This document shows, in pieces, positions 1 through 11,445 of a stretch of 64,000 nucleotides of DNA (its first letter is position 1; the number at the start of each line of letters is the position of its first letter). A model generated the notes under the pieces. It was not told where the DNA came from and did not search any database. It saw only the letters and a program-made list of their open reading frames with translations. A program made the translations under genes and the position numbers. Origin of the DNA: Malacoraja senta (taxonomy: Eukaryota); contig JAXLNO010000627.1 in the NCBI GenBank assembly GCA_038087875.1, positions 310,001 to 374,000 of the forward strand, written 5' to 3'.

Positions 1-192
1 TGGGTTTTCTCTGGGATCTTTGGTTTCCCCCACACTCCAAAGACGGGTAGGTTTGAAGGTTAATTGGCTTGCTGTACATGTAAATGGTCCCTGGTGTGTG
101 TAGTGTGCGGGGATCACTGGTCGGCGCTGACTCAGTGGGCCGAAGGTCCTGATTCCGCGCTGTGTCTCTAAACTACACTAAACTAAAACTAA
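1..192 (+). mobile_element. 3' part of tRNA-derived V-SINE (HE1-like)
   Basis: V-domain-like GGGTTTTCTC...GGTTTCC..CACACTCCAAAGACG, then an AAACT-repeat tail; same family as the full copy at 8003-8335. Confidence 0.7.
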
Positions 193-377
193 TCAGTCAT
201 GGTCATCCAATAGTGGAGCAGGTGTAAGATTAATCCTGATACTATTTTTATATCATTACATGTTTTCTGCAGAGGATTTGGATTTGTTGCATTTGTAAAC
301 AAAGAGATTAAAATGCTGAACCATTACAGTCACCTGTCTCAGAATTGTGTTTTAAACATCTCTTTTATTTGATTTTT

Positions 378-932
378 GGTGTCCTAATTTGAGGAAGAAC
401 ATTCTTGCTATTGAGGAAGTGCAGCATAGGTTCACCAGATTAATTCCTGGGATGCCGGGACTGACATATGATGAAAGAATGGATGGACTGTGCTTGTATT
501 CACTGGAATTTAGAAGGATGAGAGGGCATCTTATAAAACATATAAAATCCTTAAGGGATTGAACAGGCTAGATGCAAGAAAACTGTTCCTGATGTTGGGG
601 GGAGTCCAGAACCAGGGGTTACGGTTTAAGAATAAGGAGTAGGCCATTTGGGACTCAGATGAAGAAAATCGTTTTTACCCAGAGAGTTGTGAATCTGGGA
701 ATTCTCTGCCACAGAAGGCAGTGGAGGCCAATTCACTGGATGTTTTCAAGAGATAGGTTTAGCTCTTTGGGCTAACGGAATTAAGGGATATGGGGAGAAA
801 GCAGGAACGGGGTACTGATTTTGGATGATCAGCCGTGATCATATTGAATGACGGTGCTGGTTCGAAGGGCCAAATAGCCTACTCCTGCACCTGTTTTCTA
901 TGTTTCCGCGCTGTATCTCTAAACTAAACTAA
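378..932 (+). mobile_element. CR1 LINE 3' fragment
   Basis: Degenerate CR1 ORF2 C-terminus (RFTRLIPGM.GL.Y.ER..L.LYSLE.RRMRG.LI) plus CR1-type 3' UTR. Confidence 0.8.
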
Positions 933-1270
933 AGCCTTCCTATTACATTCCCATCTGAATATCTTGTAAAAGTCACGATTGTGTCCTTTCTAAAGCTTCC
1001 TTTTTTAAAATTTTCAAAATGTACTTTATTTGAGAAATAAATATATCCAATACATGATCCTTACAAGACTCCATCCAACATTCTCGGAGGCTATACATAC
1101 ATTCAATAATGTTTACACAAATTACACAAATGTATCCCCCACCCTTGCCACTCATGTGGCCCACTGACGCGGAATCCCTTCCCTTATTTTTGAGGGATGT
1201 CTCCACCACATCCTGTCCCCCATGTCCAGCAGCGGAAGGACCCTAGACTGTGGTCCTCCGTCACGGAGCC

Positions 1271-1931
1271 TTTTTTTAAATAATCAAAAAATTTAATCAA
1301 TTATTAAAACTAATATTTACAATAAAATAAAACAAAACAGAACCCACCACCATAATACAAGACCAACGAATATACTAAATAAACTACTGTACACCTATGT
1401 TACACTCCTTGTCAAGGATGCATTCAACCCCCCGCGGTGCCCAACGGTCCCGGAAATCCCCCAGGGTGCCCGTAGTTCCTCTCTAACACCACCCGGCAAG
1501 GACGTAACCCCGGAAAAGTAGAAGGCAGCCGGCTCGGGCTGGCACCGTGACTCGCCTGGCACCGTGACTCGCGGATGGCCAGCTTGGCCAGGCCCAGGAG
1601 CAACCCAACCAGGACATCTTCAGCCCAACCCTCTCCCCTACGCACAGGGTGTCCAAAGATGAGGATGGTGGGTGAGAAATGCAGCCAGAAGGCAAGGAGC
1701 AGCCCCTTTAGATATTGGAACGGACTGCAGCCTCACACACTCCATATAAACATGGTACACAGATTCTTCCAGCATGCAAAAGTGGCAGGTGGCTGGCGAG
1801 TCTGTGAACCGCGAGAGAAACAGGTTGCAGGGGACTCCTCGGTGCAATACCCTCCACCCCAGGTCCCCGATGTAGAGGGGGAGAATCACTGCGTAGATGG
1901 TCTCCCCCACCTCCCCAAACTCCCCCCCCCC
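1271..1931 (-). mobile_element. Second Tx1-type 3' fragment nested in the first Tx1
   Basis: Own poly-T tail at 1271-1277 and own zinc-finger C-terminus (CHFCMLEESVYHVYMEC); flanked by cac(g/c)gagcctt at 1262-1272 and 1932-1942. Confidence 0.7.
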
Positions 1932-4900
1932 CACCGAGCCTTGGCGTTTGCTGCACCAAGATTCAGTGCGTCCCTCAGCATGTACTCCTGCAGTCTGCAA
2001 CGGGCCAGTCGGCAACATTCCCCGACAGACATCTCGCTCCGCTGTGAGGTGAAAAAAGCTCGGGCAGCCCAAAGAGCGTCTTTCTCTGTCTTTCACCGAG
2101 GTGATGACCTTCCAGCAGCACTCGATGTCAGTCTCTGAATGCCTCCATGGGAACAGTCCGTAAATCACAGAGTCCTTTGTGACAGAGCTGTTCGGAATAA
2201 ATTGTGACAGGAACCCTTGCAAACCTCTCCATGCTGTCTTTGCAAATCCACACTCTGCAAAGAGGTGGGCAACCGTCTCCTCTTCATTGCAGCCGTCCCA
2301 AAGGCAGTGTGCGCTGGTCGTGAGGTTCGGACGGTGCAGGAAGGAACTGACTGGGAGGGCTCCCCTCACCGCCAGCCAAGCCAGGTCTTGGTGCTTGTTG
2401 GTGAGTTCTGGCAATGAGGCATTTCGCCAGACAAGCTGGGCAGTCTGCTCTGGGAACCACGTCACAGGATCCATGGAGTTATTTCCCTGCAGTATCTGCA
2501 GGACGTTCCGTGCTGACCACTGCCCGATGGACATGTGGTCAAAGGTGTTGATCCAGAAGAACCTTTATATGAATGATAGATGTCCAGCTGACTGGCACAT
2601 TACGTGGCATCTGCGCCAGGCCCATCCTTCGCAACACCGGGGCCAGGTAGAACCTCAGCAGGTAGTGACACTTGGTGCCCACGTGCCTTGGCTCTACGCT
2701 CGGCCTGATGCAGCCACACACAAAGGTGGCCATCAGGGTGAGGGCGACGTTGAGCACACTTTTACCCCCGTGTCTGCCGACGTGTGCATTGCGGCCCGTC
2801 GCACCCAGTCCATCCTCAACCCCCAGATGAACTGGAAGACGGCCCGGGTGATCCCCGTGGCGTAAGAGGGAGGGACAGGCCACACTTGCGCCACGTACAG
2901 CAGCCCCGAGAGCACCTCACACCCGATGACCAAGTTATTTCCCGTTGCTTCCACAGCTCCAGTTTCTTCCCCACCTTGGCTATCTGCTCCAGCCAATTCT
3001 TGTCACGTGCCTCAGCCCCCCGAACCAGATCCCCAGCACCCTCAAGAAGTCAGGCTTGATGGTGAAGGGGACGGAAGATCGGTCGGGCCAGTTGCCAAAG
3101 GGCAAGGCCTCGCTCTTCCTGTTGTTCACCCTGGCTCCCGTGGCCGACTCAAACTGGTCATAGATGCTAATCAATCTGCGGACCGACCCTGGATCCGAGC
3201 AGAAGACGGCGACATCGTCCATGTACGGGGAGGTTTTGACCCGAGTGCTCCCACTGCCTGGCAATGTCACTCCTCTTATGCTCGCGTCCTTCCTGATGGA
3301 CTCGGCAAAAGGTTCAATACAGCAGACAAACAAGACAGGGGAGAGAGGGCAACCCTGCCTGACTCCAGACCTGACGGGGAAGCTGTCTGATTCCCACCCA
3401 TTGATTTGGACTGCGCTACAGATATCGGTGTAGAGCAGTTGGGTCCAATTCCTGATTCCCTCCCCAAAGCCAATTTTGGAGAGCACGTCCCTCATTGATG
3501 TGTGTGCGATATCCTGTCGAAGGCCTCCTTCTGGTCCAAGCTGACTAGGCAGACATCCACCTGTCTGTCCTGCACGTAGGCAATGGTATCTCTCAGCAGT
3601 GCAAGGCTGTCTGAGATTTTCCTGCCAGGTATAGCACAGGTTTGGTCCGGGTGGATCACCCATCCCTGAGCAGACTTGACCCAGTTGGCGATGGCCTTAG
3701 ACAGGATCTTGTAATCAACATTCAACAATGTGATAGGTCTCCAATTCCTTATGTCATTCATCTCCCCCTTCTGCTTGTAGATTAGGGTGATACTGCCCTT
3801 CCTCATAGAGTCTGACATGCTGCCGACTAGAAGCATGTCATTGTACACTTCCAGCAGGTCCGGGCCCACCCAGTCCCACAGAGCCGAATACAACTCGGCC
3901 GGTAAGCCATCGCTTCCGGGAGTTTTACTCAACTCAAAGGAACGGATGGAGCCAGTCAGCTCCTCTAGGGTCAGTGGTTGGTCCAGACTCTCCCGCTTGC
4001 TGTCCTCCAAGACCTCCGTGATAGAGGACATTAAGTTCTGGGAGGCAGTGCTGTCTGTGGCCTTTTTGTCGTACAAATCCGTATAAAAGGATGTGCAGAT
4101 CCTCAGCATGTCTGTCTGCAAGGATGTTACCGAGCCGTCCTCCTCCGTAAGGCTGTTGGTCACAGAGCTCCCCCTGTGAACCTTATGGAAGAAGAAGCGT
4201 GAGCACGTCTCATCCTGCTCCACGTGGCGGACCCTGGATCGGAAGATGGTCTTGGAGGATATGGAGGTAAAGAGCCGAGTTTGCTGGCCCTTCAACTCTC
4301 AAAGTTCCTCCCTCACATCCACCCCTCTCGACTGCAGGAGCAGTTGGTACAAATCTGTCCGGAGTTGACACAATTCCCTCTGACTCTGTCTTGCTCTCTG
4401 AACCCCTTTAAATATGAAGAACCTCTTGATGTTCTCCTTGGTTGCATCCCACCAGTGTGTCGGGGAGTCAAAGAGGGGCCTCACCGATCTCCAACATGCG
4501 TAGTCCCTCTTTAACTCCTCAATGTTCTCTGGGGTCAACAGCTTCACATTGAACTTCCACATCCCACTGCCTGCCTTCCGGTCCTCCTGTAGGTGACAGG
4601 AAGCCTGAAGGAGGCAGTGGTCAGAGAAGAACACCGGCGTGAGGTCGGTGAGTCTGACCGTGACGGCCTTCGATGTGAAGAGGAAGTCTATCCGGGACCG
4701 GGCTGAACCGTCCGATCTCGACCAGGTGAACCGCGGATGGGACCCGCCTGCAGGGCGGCTGAAGGCGTCGCGCAGCTTTGCGTCTTTGACCGTCTCCATC
4801 AGGAGCTTGGAGGTGCTGTCCAGTCTGTGATCGGCACTGCCCGATCGTCCAGCCACATCGATGATGCAGTTGAAGTCACCGGCCAGAACGAGCGACCGGG

Positions 4901-5539
4901 ACGTGGCCAGCAGCGGTGGGAGCTGCTGGAGAACGGCCAGCTGCTCGCTCTGCACGGGTGAGGTGTACACATTAATCAGCCGGAGCGGAGAGCCACGTTA
5001 CATTACATCCACCACCAGGTGACGCCCCCCCCCCAACCACCTCCCTGACCTCAGTGATGGCGAAGCTCCCTCCCGCAGCAAGATCCCCAGACCGGAAGCG
5101 CGACAGTCATTGCCCCCCGACCACACCGACAGTCCGTGGGGCCACCATCGCGACCACCTCTGATAGCCGCGGAGGTGTGGCAGCCTGCACTCCTGCAGAA
5201 TAGTCACATCTGCCTTGACCTTGGCCAGGTACTGCAAGGTGTTTACACATCGCGCAGTGTTCTTCAAACTGCACACGTTTAGCGTTGCCAGTTTTAGCTC
5301 CATTGTACTTAAAAGGTCACTGACCATCATCTTGTCCTCTCATGCCACCGCTTTGGTGAATTGTAGCATCGTTTCGGGGCTCAGGTACTGGGTGCTGGCA
5401 TCCTCAAGGAAGAGGGTCTCCTATGGCGTAGCTGGAGTTGTTGTCGGAGGGACCCTCCTTGTTCCACCCTCTTCCGGGCGCACCGCCCCCTCCGTCTCCT
5501 GTAGCTGGGGTACGGTGGCTGGTTCATTGCTCCCGGTCT

Positions 5540-5800
5540 CCCGGAGCTGGGGCCCATTTGCCGCTGCACTGCTCCCGGTCTCCGGAGCTGGGGCCCATTG
5601 GCCGCTGCACTGCTCCCAGTCTCCTGGAGCTGGGGCCCATTGGCCGCTGCACTGCTCCCGGTCTCCCGGAGCTGGGGCCCATTGGCCGCTGCACTGCTCC
5701 CAGTCTCCTGGAGCTGGGGCCCATTGGCCGCTGCACTGCTCCCGGTCTCCTGGAGCTGGGGCCCATTGGCCGCTGCACTGCTCCCGGTCTCCTGGAGCTT
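5540..5800 (-). repeat. 42-bp tandem repeat (~6 copies) in Tx1 ORF1
   Basis: Unit ggagctggggcccattggccgctgcactgctccc(a/g)gtctcc(t/c), encoding GSSAAANGPQLQET repeats on -. Confidence 0.9.
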
Positions 5801-6570
5801 GGGGACAACCGGCGTGTCCTTTCCCTTTCCGATCTCCTCACCCGTTTTCTTCCTCTGCCTCCGTCGTCGAGTCCTCGATGTCGCCTCATCCTCCGACGAG
5901 GAGCGGTTGCTGCCGTCGGTCTGGGTGAGGACTCTTTTCTTGGACTTTCCCGTTCCCTCCGGCCTTGGCTCTTTGGGCAGAACCCTCTGGTCTTTTCTAC
6001 TTTTCACCACCTGCCATGCCTCTTCCTGTTCCCCCTCTTCCATCGACTCTCCCTCCTGGACAGGGGGCTGGGGGTCTCTGTCCGGCGGTTGGGGGCTGGA
6101 GGTGGTCGGGCTGTCCTCATCCCTGTTCTCTCTTTCTCCTGGGGTCTTGGCAGTGGTGGGAAGCGTCTCGCCCATCCTGGGGGTGTTGGCAACAGCCCCT
6201 CATATTGCCTGTGTTTAGGTGCAGGCTCTTTTAGAGCAGGCCCTGTAGAGGTGGCTTGCCTCCCCGCACAGGTTGCACTTCTTGCTGACTTGGCAGTCCT
6301 TTGTCTCGTGGCCTTCCAGCTTCTTCAGCAGCGACAGCGGAGCTTCGTTCCCCTTCTCCCGGAAGTATTGCATCAGCTTCTGCCATCTCGTTGGACACTT
6401 AAAAGTGACATCAAAGTATCCGTTACAAGGGAAGTCCTGGAGACAGTAAATGTCCTCGGCCTCAAATTTGCAGGCCTCCGGCAAGACCTTCCTGACGCAC
6501 AGGTCCCATGAGAAGCGAGTCCCTCGCTGAGGTCCTTCATGCTCACACGTAGGATATTGCAATTCCCTGT

Positions 6571-7140
6571 CAATAGACAATAAACAAAAGGCAATAGACA
6601 ATAGACAATAGACAATAGGTGCAGGAGTTGGCCCTTTCCTCCCTTTGAGTCAGCACCGCCATTTAATTTGATCATGGCTGGTCATCCACAATCAGTACCC
6701 AGTCCTGCCTTCTCCCCATAGCCCCTGACTTTGCTATCGTTAAGAGCTCCATCTAACTCTCTCTTGAAAGAATCCAGAGAACCAGCCTCCACTGCCTTCT
6801 GCCGGTCCCGGATAGACAGATTCACAACTCTCTGGGTGAAAACGTTTTTCCTCATCTCAGTTCTAAATGGCCTACCTATATTCTTAAACTGTGGCCCCTG
6901 GTTCTGGACTCCCCCAACATCGGGAACATGCTGCCTGCCTCTAGCGTGTCCAATCTCCTAATAATCTTTTATGTTTCAATAAGATTCCTTCTCATCCTTC
7001 CCAATTCCAGAGTATACAAGCTCAGCCGCTCCATTCTATCAACATATAACAGTTCCACCATACCGGAATTAACATTGTGAACCTACGCTGCACTCCCTCA
7101 ATAGCAAGAATGTCCTTCCTCAAATTAGGAGACCAAAACT
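6571..7140 (-). mobile_element. CR1 LINE 3' fragment with (CAATAGA)n tail
   Basis: Reverse complement of CR1 3' ORF2 and UTR; heptamer tail at 6571-6617. Confidence 0.8.
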
Positions 7141-7905
7141 ATGTCCCCTGGTCCTCGACTCCCCTACTCTGGGCAAGAGATTCTGTGCGTCTACCTGATC
7201 TATTCCTCTCATGATTGTGTACACCACTATAAGATCACCCCTCATCCTCCTGCGCTCCGAGGAGTAGAGTCCCAGCCTACTCAACCTGTCCCTACAGCTC
7301 ACATCCTCGAGTGTTGGCAACAGCCTCGTAAACATTTGATATTTTCCCAACGTAGCCCGGTCCCGTCACACAAACCAACCTCACCCCCCCTATCGACTCT
7401 AATTGGGTCCCATATCTGACGAAGTATGTGCCCGCTCTGGAGAGGGTCCAAGGAGATTTACAAGAATGATTCCAGGAATGAGTGGGCTAGCATACGATGA
7501 GCATTTGACGGCACTGTTTAGAAGGTTGACGGGGCGACCTCATTTAACTGTACAGAATAGTGAAAGGCCTGCATAGAGTGGATGTGGGAACGATGTTTCC
7601 ACTGCTGGGAGAGTCTAGGACCACAGGTCGCAGCCTCACAATTAAAGAGCGCTCTTTTAGAAAGGAGGTGAGGAGCAAATTCTTTGCTCAGAGAGTAGTG
7701 AAAATGGAATTATTTACCGCAGAGGGCAAGTCAGTGGATATTTTTGAGGCAAAGATAGACAAATTCTTGATTAGAACGGATGTCAAGGGTTATGGGGAGA
7801 AGGCAGGAAAATGGGATTGGGAGGCCGAGATCAGCCATGATTGAATGGGGGAATATGCTCGATTAGCCAAATAACGTAATTCTACTCCTATAACTTGTGA
7901 ACTTG
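7141..7905. mobile_element. Two CR1 3' fragments (7141-7345 on -, ~7400-7905 on +)
   Basis: RLSRLGLYSSERRRMRGDLI on -; ERVQ.RFTRMIPGMSGL plus CR1 3' UTR on +. Confidence 0.7.
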
Positions 7906-8002
7906 CAACTCCATCTACACTTCACGCTGCCTCGGGAAAACTACCAACATAATCAAGGACCGCTCTCACCACAGCCATTCCCTCTTCTCCCTCTCCCATC
8001 GG

Positions 8003-8335
8003 GAGGCATGTTGGTGCAGCGGTAGAGTTGCTGCCTTACAGCGAATGAAGCACCGAAGACCGAGGTTCGATCCCGACTACGGGTTCTGTCTATACGGAGC
8101 TTGCACGGTCTCCCCGTGACCTGCATGGGTTTTCTCCCAGATCTTCGGTTTCCTCCCACACTCCAAAGACGTACAAGTATGAGGGTAAATTGGCTTAGTG
8201 TAAATGTTTAAACAAAATTGTCGCTAGTGTGTAGGGTAGTGTTAGTGTGTGGGGATCGCTGGCCGGCGCTGACCCGGTGGGCCGAAGGGCCTGTTTCCGT
8301 GCTGTATCTCAAAACTAAACTAAACGAAACTAAAT
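8003..8335 (+). mobile_element. Full-length tRNA-derived V-SINE inserted in a Rex/L2-type LINE tail
   Basis: Pol III box A (TGGTGCAGCGG) and box B (GGTTCGATCCC), V-domain, AAACT tail; LINE 3' sequence on both sides. Confidence 0.8.
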
Positions 8336-8397
8336 CCAAAAGCTTGAAAGAGCGAACCACCAGATTCAGAAAAGGATTCTTCCTCGGTTATCAGAAT

Positions 8398-9140
8398 ACT
8401 GGAGCGCAGGAGGATGAGGAGTGATCTTATAGAGGTGTATAAAATCACCAGGGGAATAGATCGGGTAGACACTCAGAATCTGTTGCCCAGAGTAGGGGAA
8501 TCGAGGACCAGAGGACATAGGTTCAAGGTGAAGGGGAAAAGATTTGATAGGAATCTGAGGGTAACTCTTTCCCACAGAGGATGGTGGGTGTATGGAACGA
8601 GCTGCCGGAGGAGGTAGTTGAGGCAGTGACTATTCCACCATTTAAGAAACAGTTAGACAGGTACATGGATAGGACAGGTTTGGAGCGATATGGACCAAGC
8701 GCAGGCAGGTGGTCCTAGTGCAGATGGGACATGTTGGCCGTGTGGGCAAATTGGGCCAAAAGGCCTGTTTCCACACAGTATCACTCTATGTTCCTTCCAT
8801 AAGTTAGAGATGAATATCTCAACCTTCCAATCTACCTCATTGTAGTCCCTTTTGTTTTAGTCACACAGCGAGGAAACAGGCCCTTCGGCCCAACTTGCCC
8901 ACACCGACCAACATGTCCCAGCTACACCAGTCCCACCTGCCTGCGTTTGGCCCATATCCCGCCAAACCTGTCATATCCATGTATCTGTCCAATTATTAAT
9001 GTTATAGCCCCTGCCTCAATCAACTCCACCGGCAGCTTGTTCCATACACCCACCACCCGCTGAATGAAAATGTGGCCCAAAAATTCCTGTTAAATCTTTC
9101 CCCCCTCACATTAAACCTATGTCCTCAGTTTCTTCACTCC
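8398..9140. mobile_element. CR1 3' fragments (8398-8790 on +, ~8850-9140 on -)
   Basis: RRMRSDLIEVYKITRGIDRVD motif and typical 3' UTR; an inverted related fragment follows. Confidence 0.7.
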
Positions 9141-9185
9141 CCAAATTTCAAGTTGGGTCCCTTCTGAAACATTACCTCTCCATCA

Positions 9186-9455
9186 AGAGATGCTGCCTGT
9201 CCTGCTGTCACTCCAGCACTTTGTACCTGTCCACGTTCCAGAGATGCTGCCTGACCCGCTGAGTTACTCCAGTACTTTGTACCTATCCATGTTCTCCAGA
9301 GATACTGCCTGACCCGCTGTGTTACTGCAGCACTTTGTACCTATCCACGTTCTCCAGAGATGCTGCCTGACCCGCTGAGTTACTCCAGCAGTTTGTACCT
9401 ATCCATGTTCTCCAGAGATGCTGCCTGACCCGTTGAGTTATCCCAGCACTTTGAC
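9186..9455 (+). repeat. 58-bp tandem array (~5 units) derived from a Penelope-like element terminus
   Basis: Unit gagatgctgcctgacccgctgagttactccagcactttgtacctatccatgttctcca; reverse complement of the array at 11446-11808. Confidence 0.85.
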
Positions 9456-9496
9456 TTTATACCTATTGAAGGCAGTAAAGGCTTGTATTTACTTAC

Positions 9497-9568
9497 CAAG
9501 TGGAAACATGAAGGGGTAAATCAAATCCATGTGCTTCTGAAAGGTATAAACCATAGTGTCTGTATAGA
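9497..9568 (-). pseudogene. Inverted duplicate of exon 2 of the IZUMO-like gene (72 nt, intact splice sites)
   Basis: On -: ccttccattag|TCTATACAGAC...CCACTTG|gtaagt, reading (V)YTDTMVYTFQKHMDLIYPFMFPL; 5 substitutions vs 11339-11410. Confidence 0.75.
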
Positions 9569-9734
9569 CTAATGGAAGGGAGGGAGAGAGAGAGAGAGTC
9601 AATGCTGATAAAGACGGGAGCGTGGGGTTATCTGAACACAATTAGCTTCTTCACTACTAAACCCAAACTTGTCCACTCTCTCCAGCACAGCCTGACTATT
9701 CCCAGGGTACAATTATCTGTTTCATAATCCGATG

Positions 9735-10160
9735 TTCCCCTCCTGCCCCCTCCTACCTCCCTCACTCTCTCACTCCCTCCCTCCTTCCCTCCACTTTATC
9801 CATCCCTCCCATTCTACCCTTCCTCTCACCCTACCACCTGCCCCACCCCTCCCTCCCTCTCTACCACCCTAACTCTCTTCTCTCTCCCTCCCTCCCTCCT
9901 CCCTCCCTCCCCCCTCTCTCTCTCCGTCCCTCATTTCCCTGCCTATCTCCCTCCTTCTCTCCCTCCTCTTCTTTCCCTCACTCCCTACCTCACCTCTTTA
10001 CCCGTCCCTCTCTCCCTCCCTCTCTGTCTCCCTCCTCCCCTCCCTCCCTTCCTCCCTCCCTCCCTCCCTTCCCTCAATCCCCCCCCCTTCCCTCCCTTCC
10101 CTCCCTCCTCCCCTCCCTCCCTCCCTCAATCCCCCCTCCCTCCCTGTCTCCCTCACCCTG
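9735..10160. repeat. CT-rich low-complexity tract (inverted counterpart of the GA-rich tract 10546-11165)
   Basis: Polypyrimidine tract; shares a motif with the right arm (ccatccctccccattctaccc vs gggtagaatggagggatgg). Confidence 0.85.
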
Positions 10161-10344
10161 TCCCTATCCGTGTTCTCCAGAGATGCTGCCTGTCCCGTTG
10201 AGTTACTCCAGCTCTCTGTGTCTCCAATGTTTGGGTTGGTCTTTGTGACGAGACATCCTGGAGACCTTTGTTGAGCGTCGGGGAGGTTCTCGGACGATGT
10301 CGCCCAGAAGGTGAGAAGGTTTTTCAGCCAACGCCGAGGTCAAG

Positions 10345-10543
10345 ATGTCCCAGAATAGTCTGGCTTCTGTGTTTCTCCTTCTCGCCGTGTTGGCTCACAG
10401 GGGCTGCGCTTGTATGAACTGCGACCGCCGGCTTTGGTCCAAGTTCCTGAACCTGATGAACCGCTGTCTGATCGCGGCTTCTGAGGATGAATGTTCCACT
10501 CAGCTGGACCCGGTTATCACTTACACCAAGGACTTCAAAATGG
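10345..10543 (+). CDS. IZUMO-domain-like secreted/membrane protein, coding exon 1
   Basis: ATG in good context, hydrophobic signal peptide MSQNSLASVFLLLAVLAHRGCA directly followed by CMNCD (CxxCD as in IZUMO1-3); phase-1 donor G|GTGAGA at 10544. Confidence 0.7.
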
Positions 10544-11338
10544 GTGAGAGGGGTGGGAGGGGGGGGGGGTGGAGAGGGGGATGGAGAGGATGAGGAAAGG
10601 AGAGGGGGAGAGAGGGAGGGAGAGGGGAAGGGAGGAGGAGAGGGAGGAAGGGACGGAAAGGAGGAGAGGGGTGGAGAGGGAGAGGGGGAGGGAAGGAGAG
10701 GGGGAGGGCTGAGGGGGAGAGAGAAGTAGGAAGAAAGAGGGGGAGAGAGGGGAGGGAGAGGGAGAGAGGTACAGGGAAGGAGAAAGGGAGGGATGAAGGG
10801 AAGGGAGGGAGAGAGAGTGGAGGGAGGAAGGGCAGGAGGTTGGGCTTGACGGGGGAGGGAGGTGCGGTGAGGAGGGAGTGCCGCACTGGGGGAGGGAGAG
10901 AGAGGAGGAGGGAGTGAAGGGAGAGAGAGGGGAGGGAGAGCGGGGAGGAAGGAGGGAGGAGGAAGAGATGTAGGGTGAGAGGGAGGGTAGGTTGGGAGGG
11001 AGAGGGAAGGAGAGAGGGGGGGTAGAATGGAGGGATGGAGAGAAGGAGGGCTAGATTGCGTGCAGGGAGTGGGTGACAGAGGGAGGGAGGGAGGGGAGGG
11101 AGGGAGGGAGGGAAGGAGGAAGGGAGGGGGGAGGAGGGGAGAGGGGGAGGGAGGGGCGGTGAGGAGGGGCGCATCGGGTTATTAAACATATAATTGTACC
11201 CTGGGAATAGTCAGGATGTGCTGGAGAGAGTGTACATGTTTGGGTTTAGTGGGGAAGAAGCTAATTGTGTTCAGATAACCCCATGCTCCGTCTTTATCAG
11301 CATTGATTCTGTCTCTCTCTCTCCCTCCCTTCCATTAG

Positions 11339-11410
11339 TCTATACAGAGACTATCGTTTATACCTTTCAGAAGCTCATGCATTTGATTTACCCCTTCATG
11401 TTTTCACTTG
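11339..11410 (+). CDS. IZUMO-like gene, exon 2 (72 nt, phase 1-1)
   Basis: Polypyrimidine tract + ttag acceptor, G|GTAAGT donor; open frame (V)YTETIVYTFQKLMHLIYPFMFSL in phase with exon 1. Confidence 0.7.
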
Positions 11411-11445
11411 GTAAGTAAATACAAACCTTTACTGCCTTCAATAGA

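Larger units (their letters stand above)
1000..6570 (-). mobile_element. Degenerate near-full-length L1-clade Tx1-type non-LTR retrotransposon (ORF1 and ORF2 remnants)
   Basis: ORF1 remnant with a zinc knuckle (CNLCGEASHLYRAC, ~6230-6290). Frameshifted ORF2 pieces: APE endonuclease (LATLNV, ILQEC, LAGDFN, SRIDF, FSDH; 4299-5303), RT (PGSDG, WRPITLLNVDYKI, GVRQGCPLSP, YMDD; 2980-4295) and C-terminal C..C...H...C. Poly-T at ~1000 is the poly-A tail. Confidence 0.9.

Noticed and set aside
8003..8085. Possible tRNA gene
   Set aside because: Box A and box B belong to a SINE head followed by the V-domain and tail; no full cloverleaf
10544..10593. Gly/Arg-rich C-terminus of the 82-aa ORF 10345-10593
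   Set aside because: Read-through into intron 1 past a good splice donor
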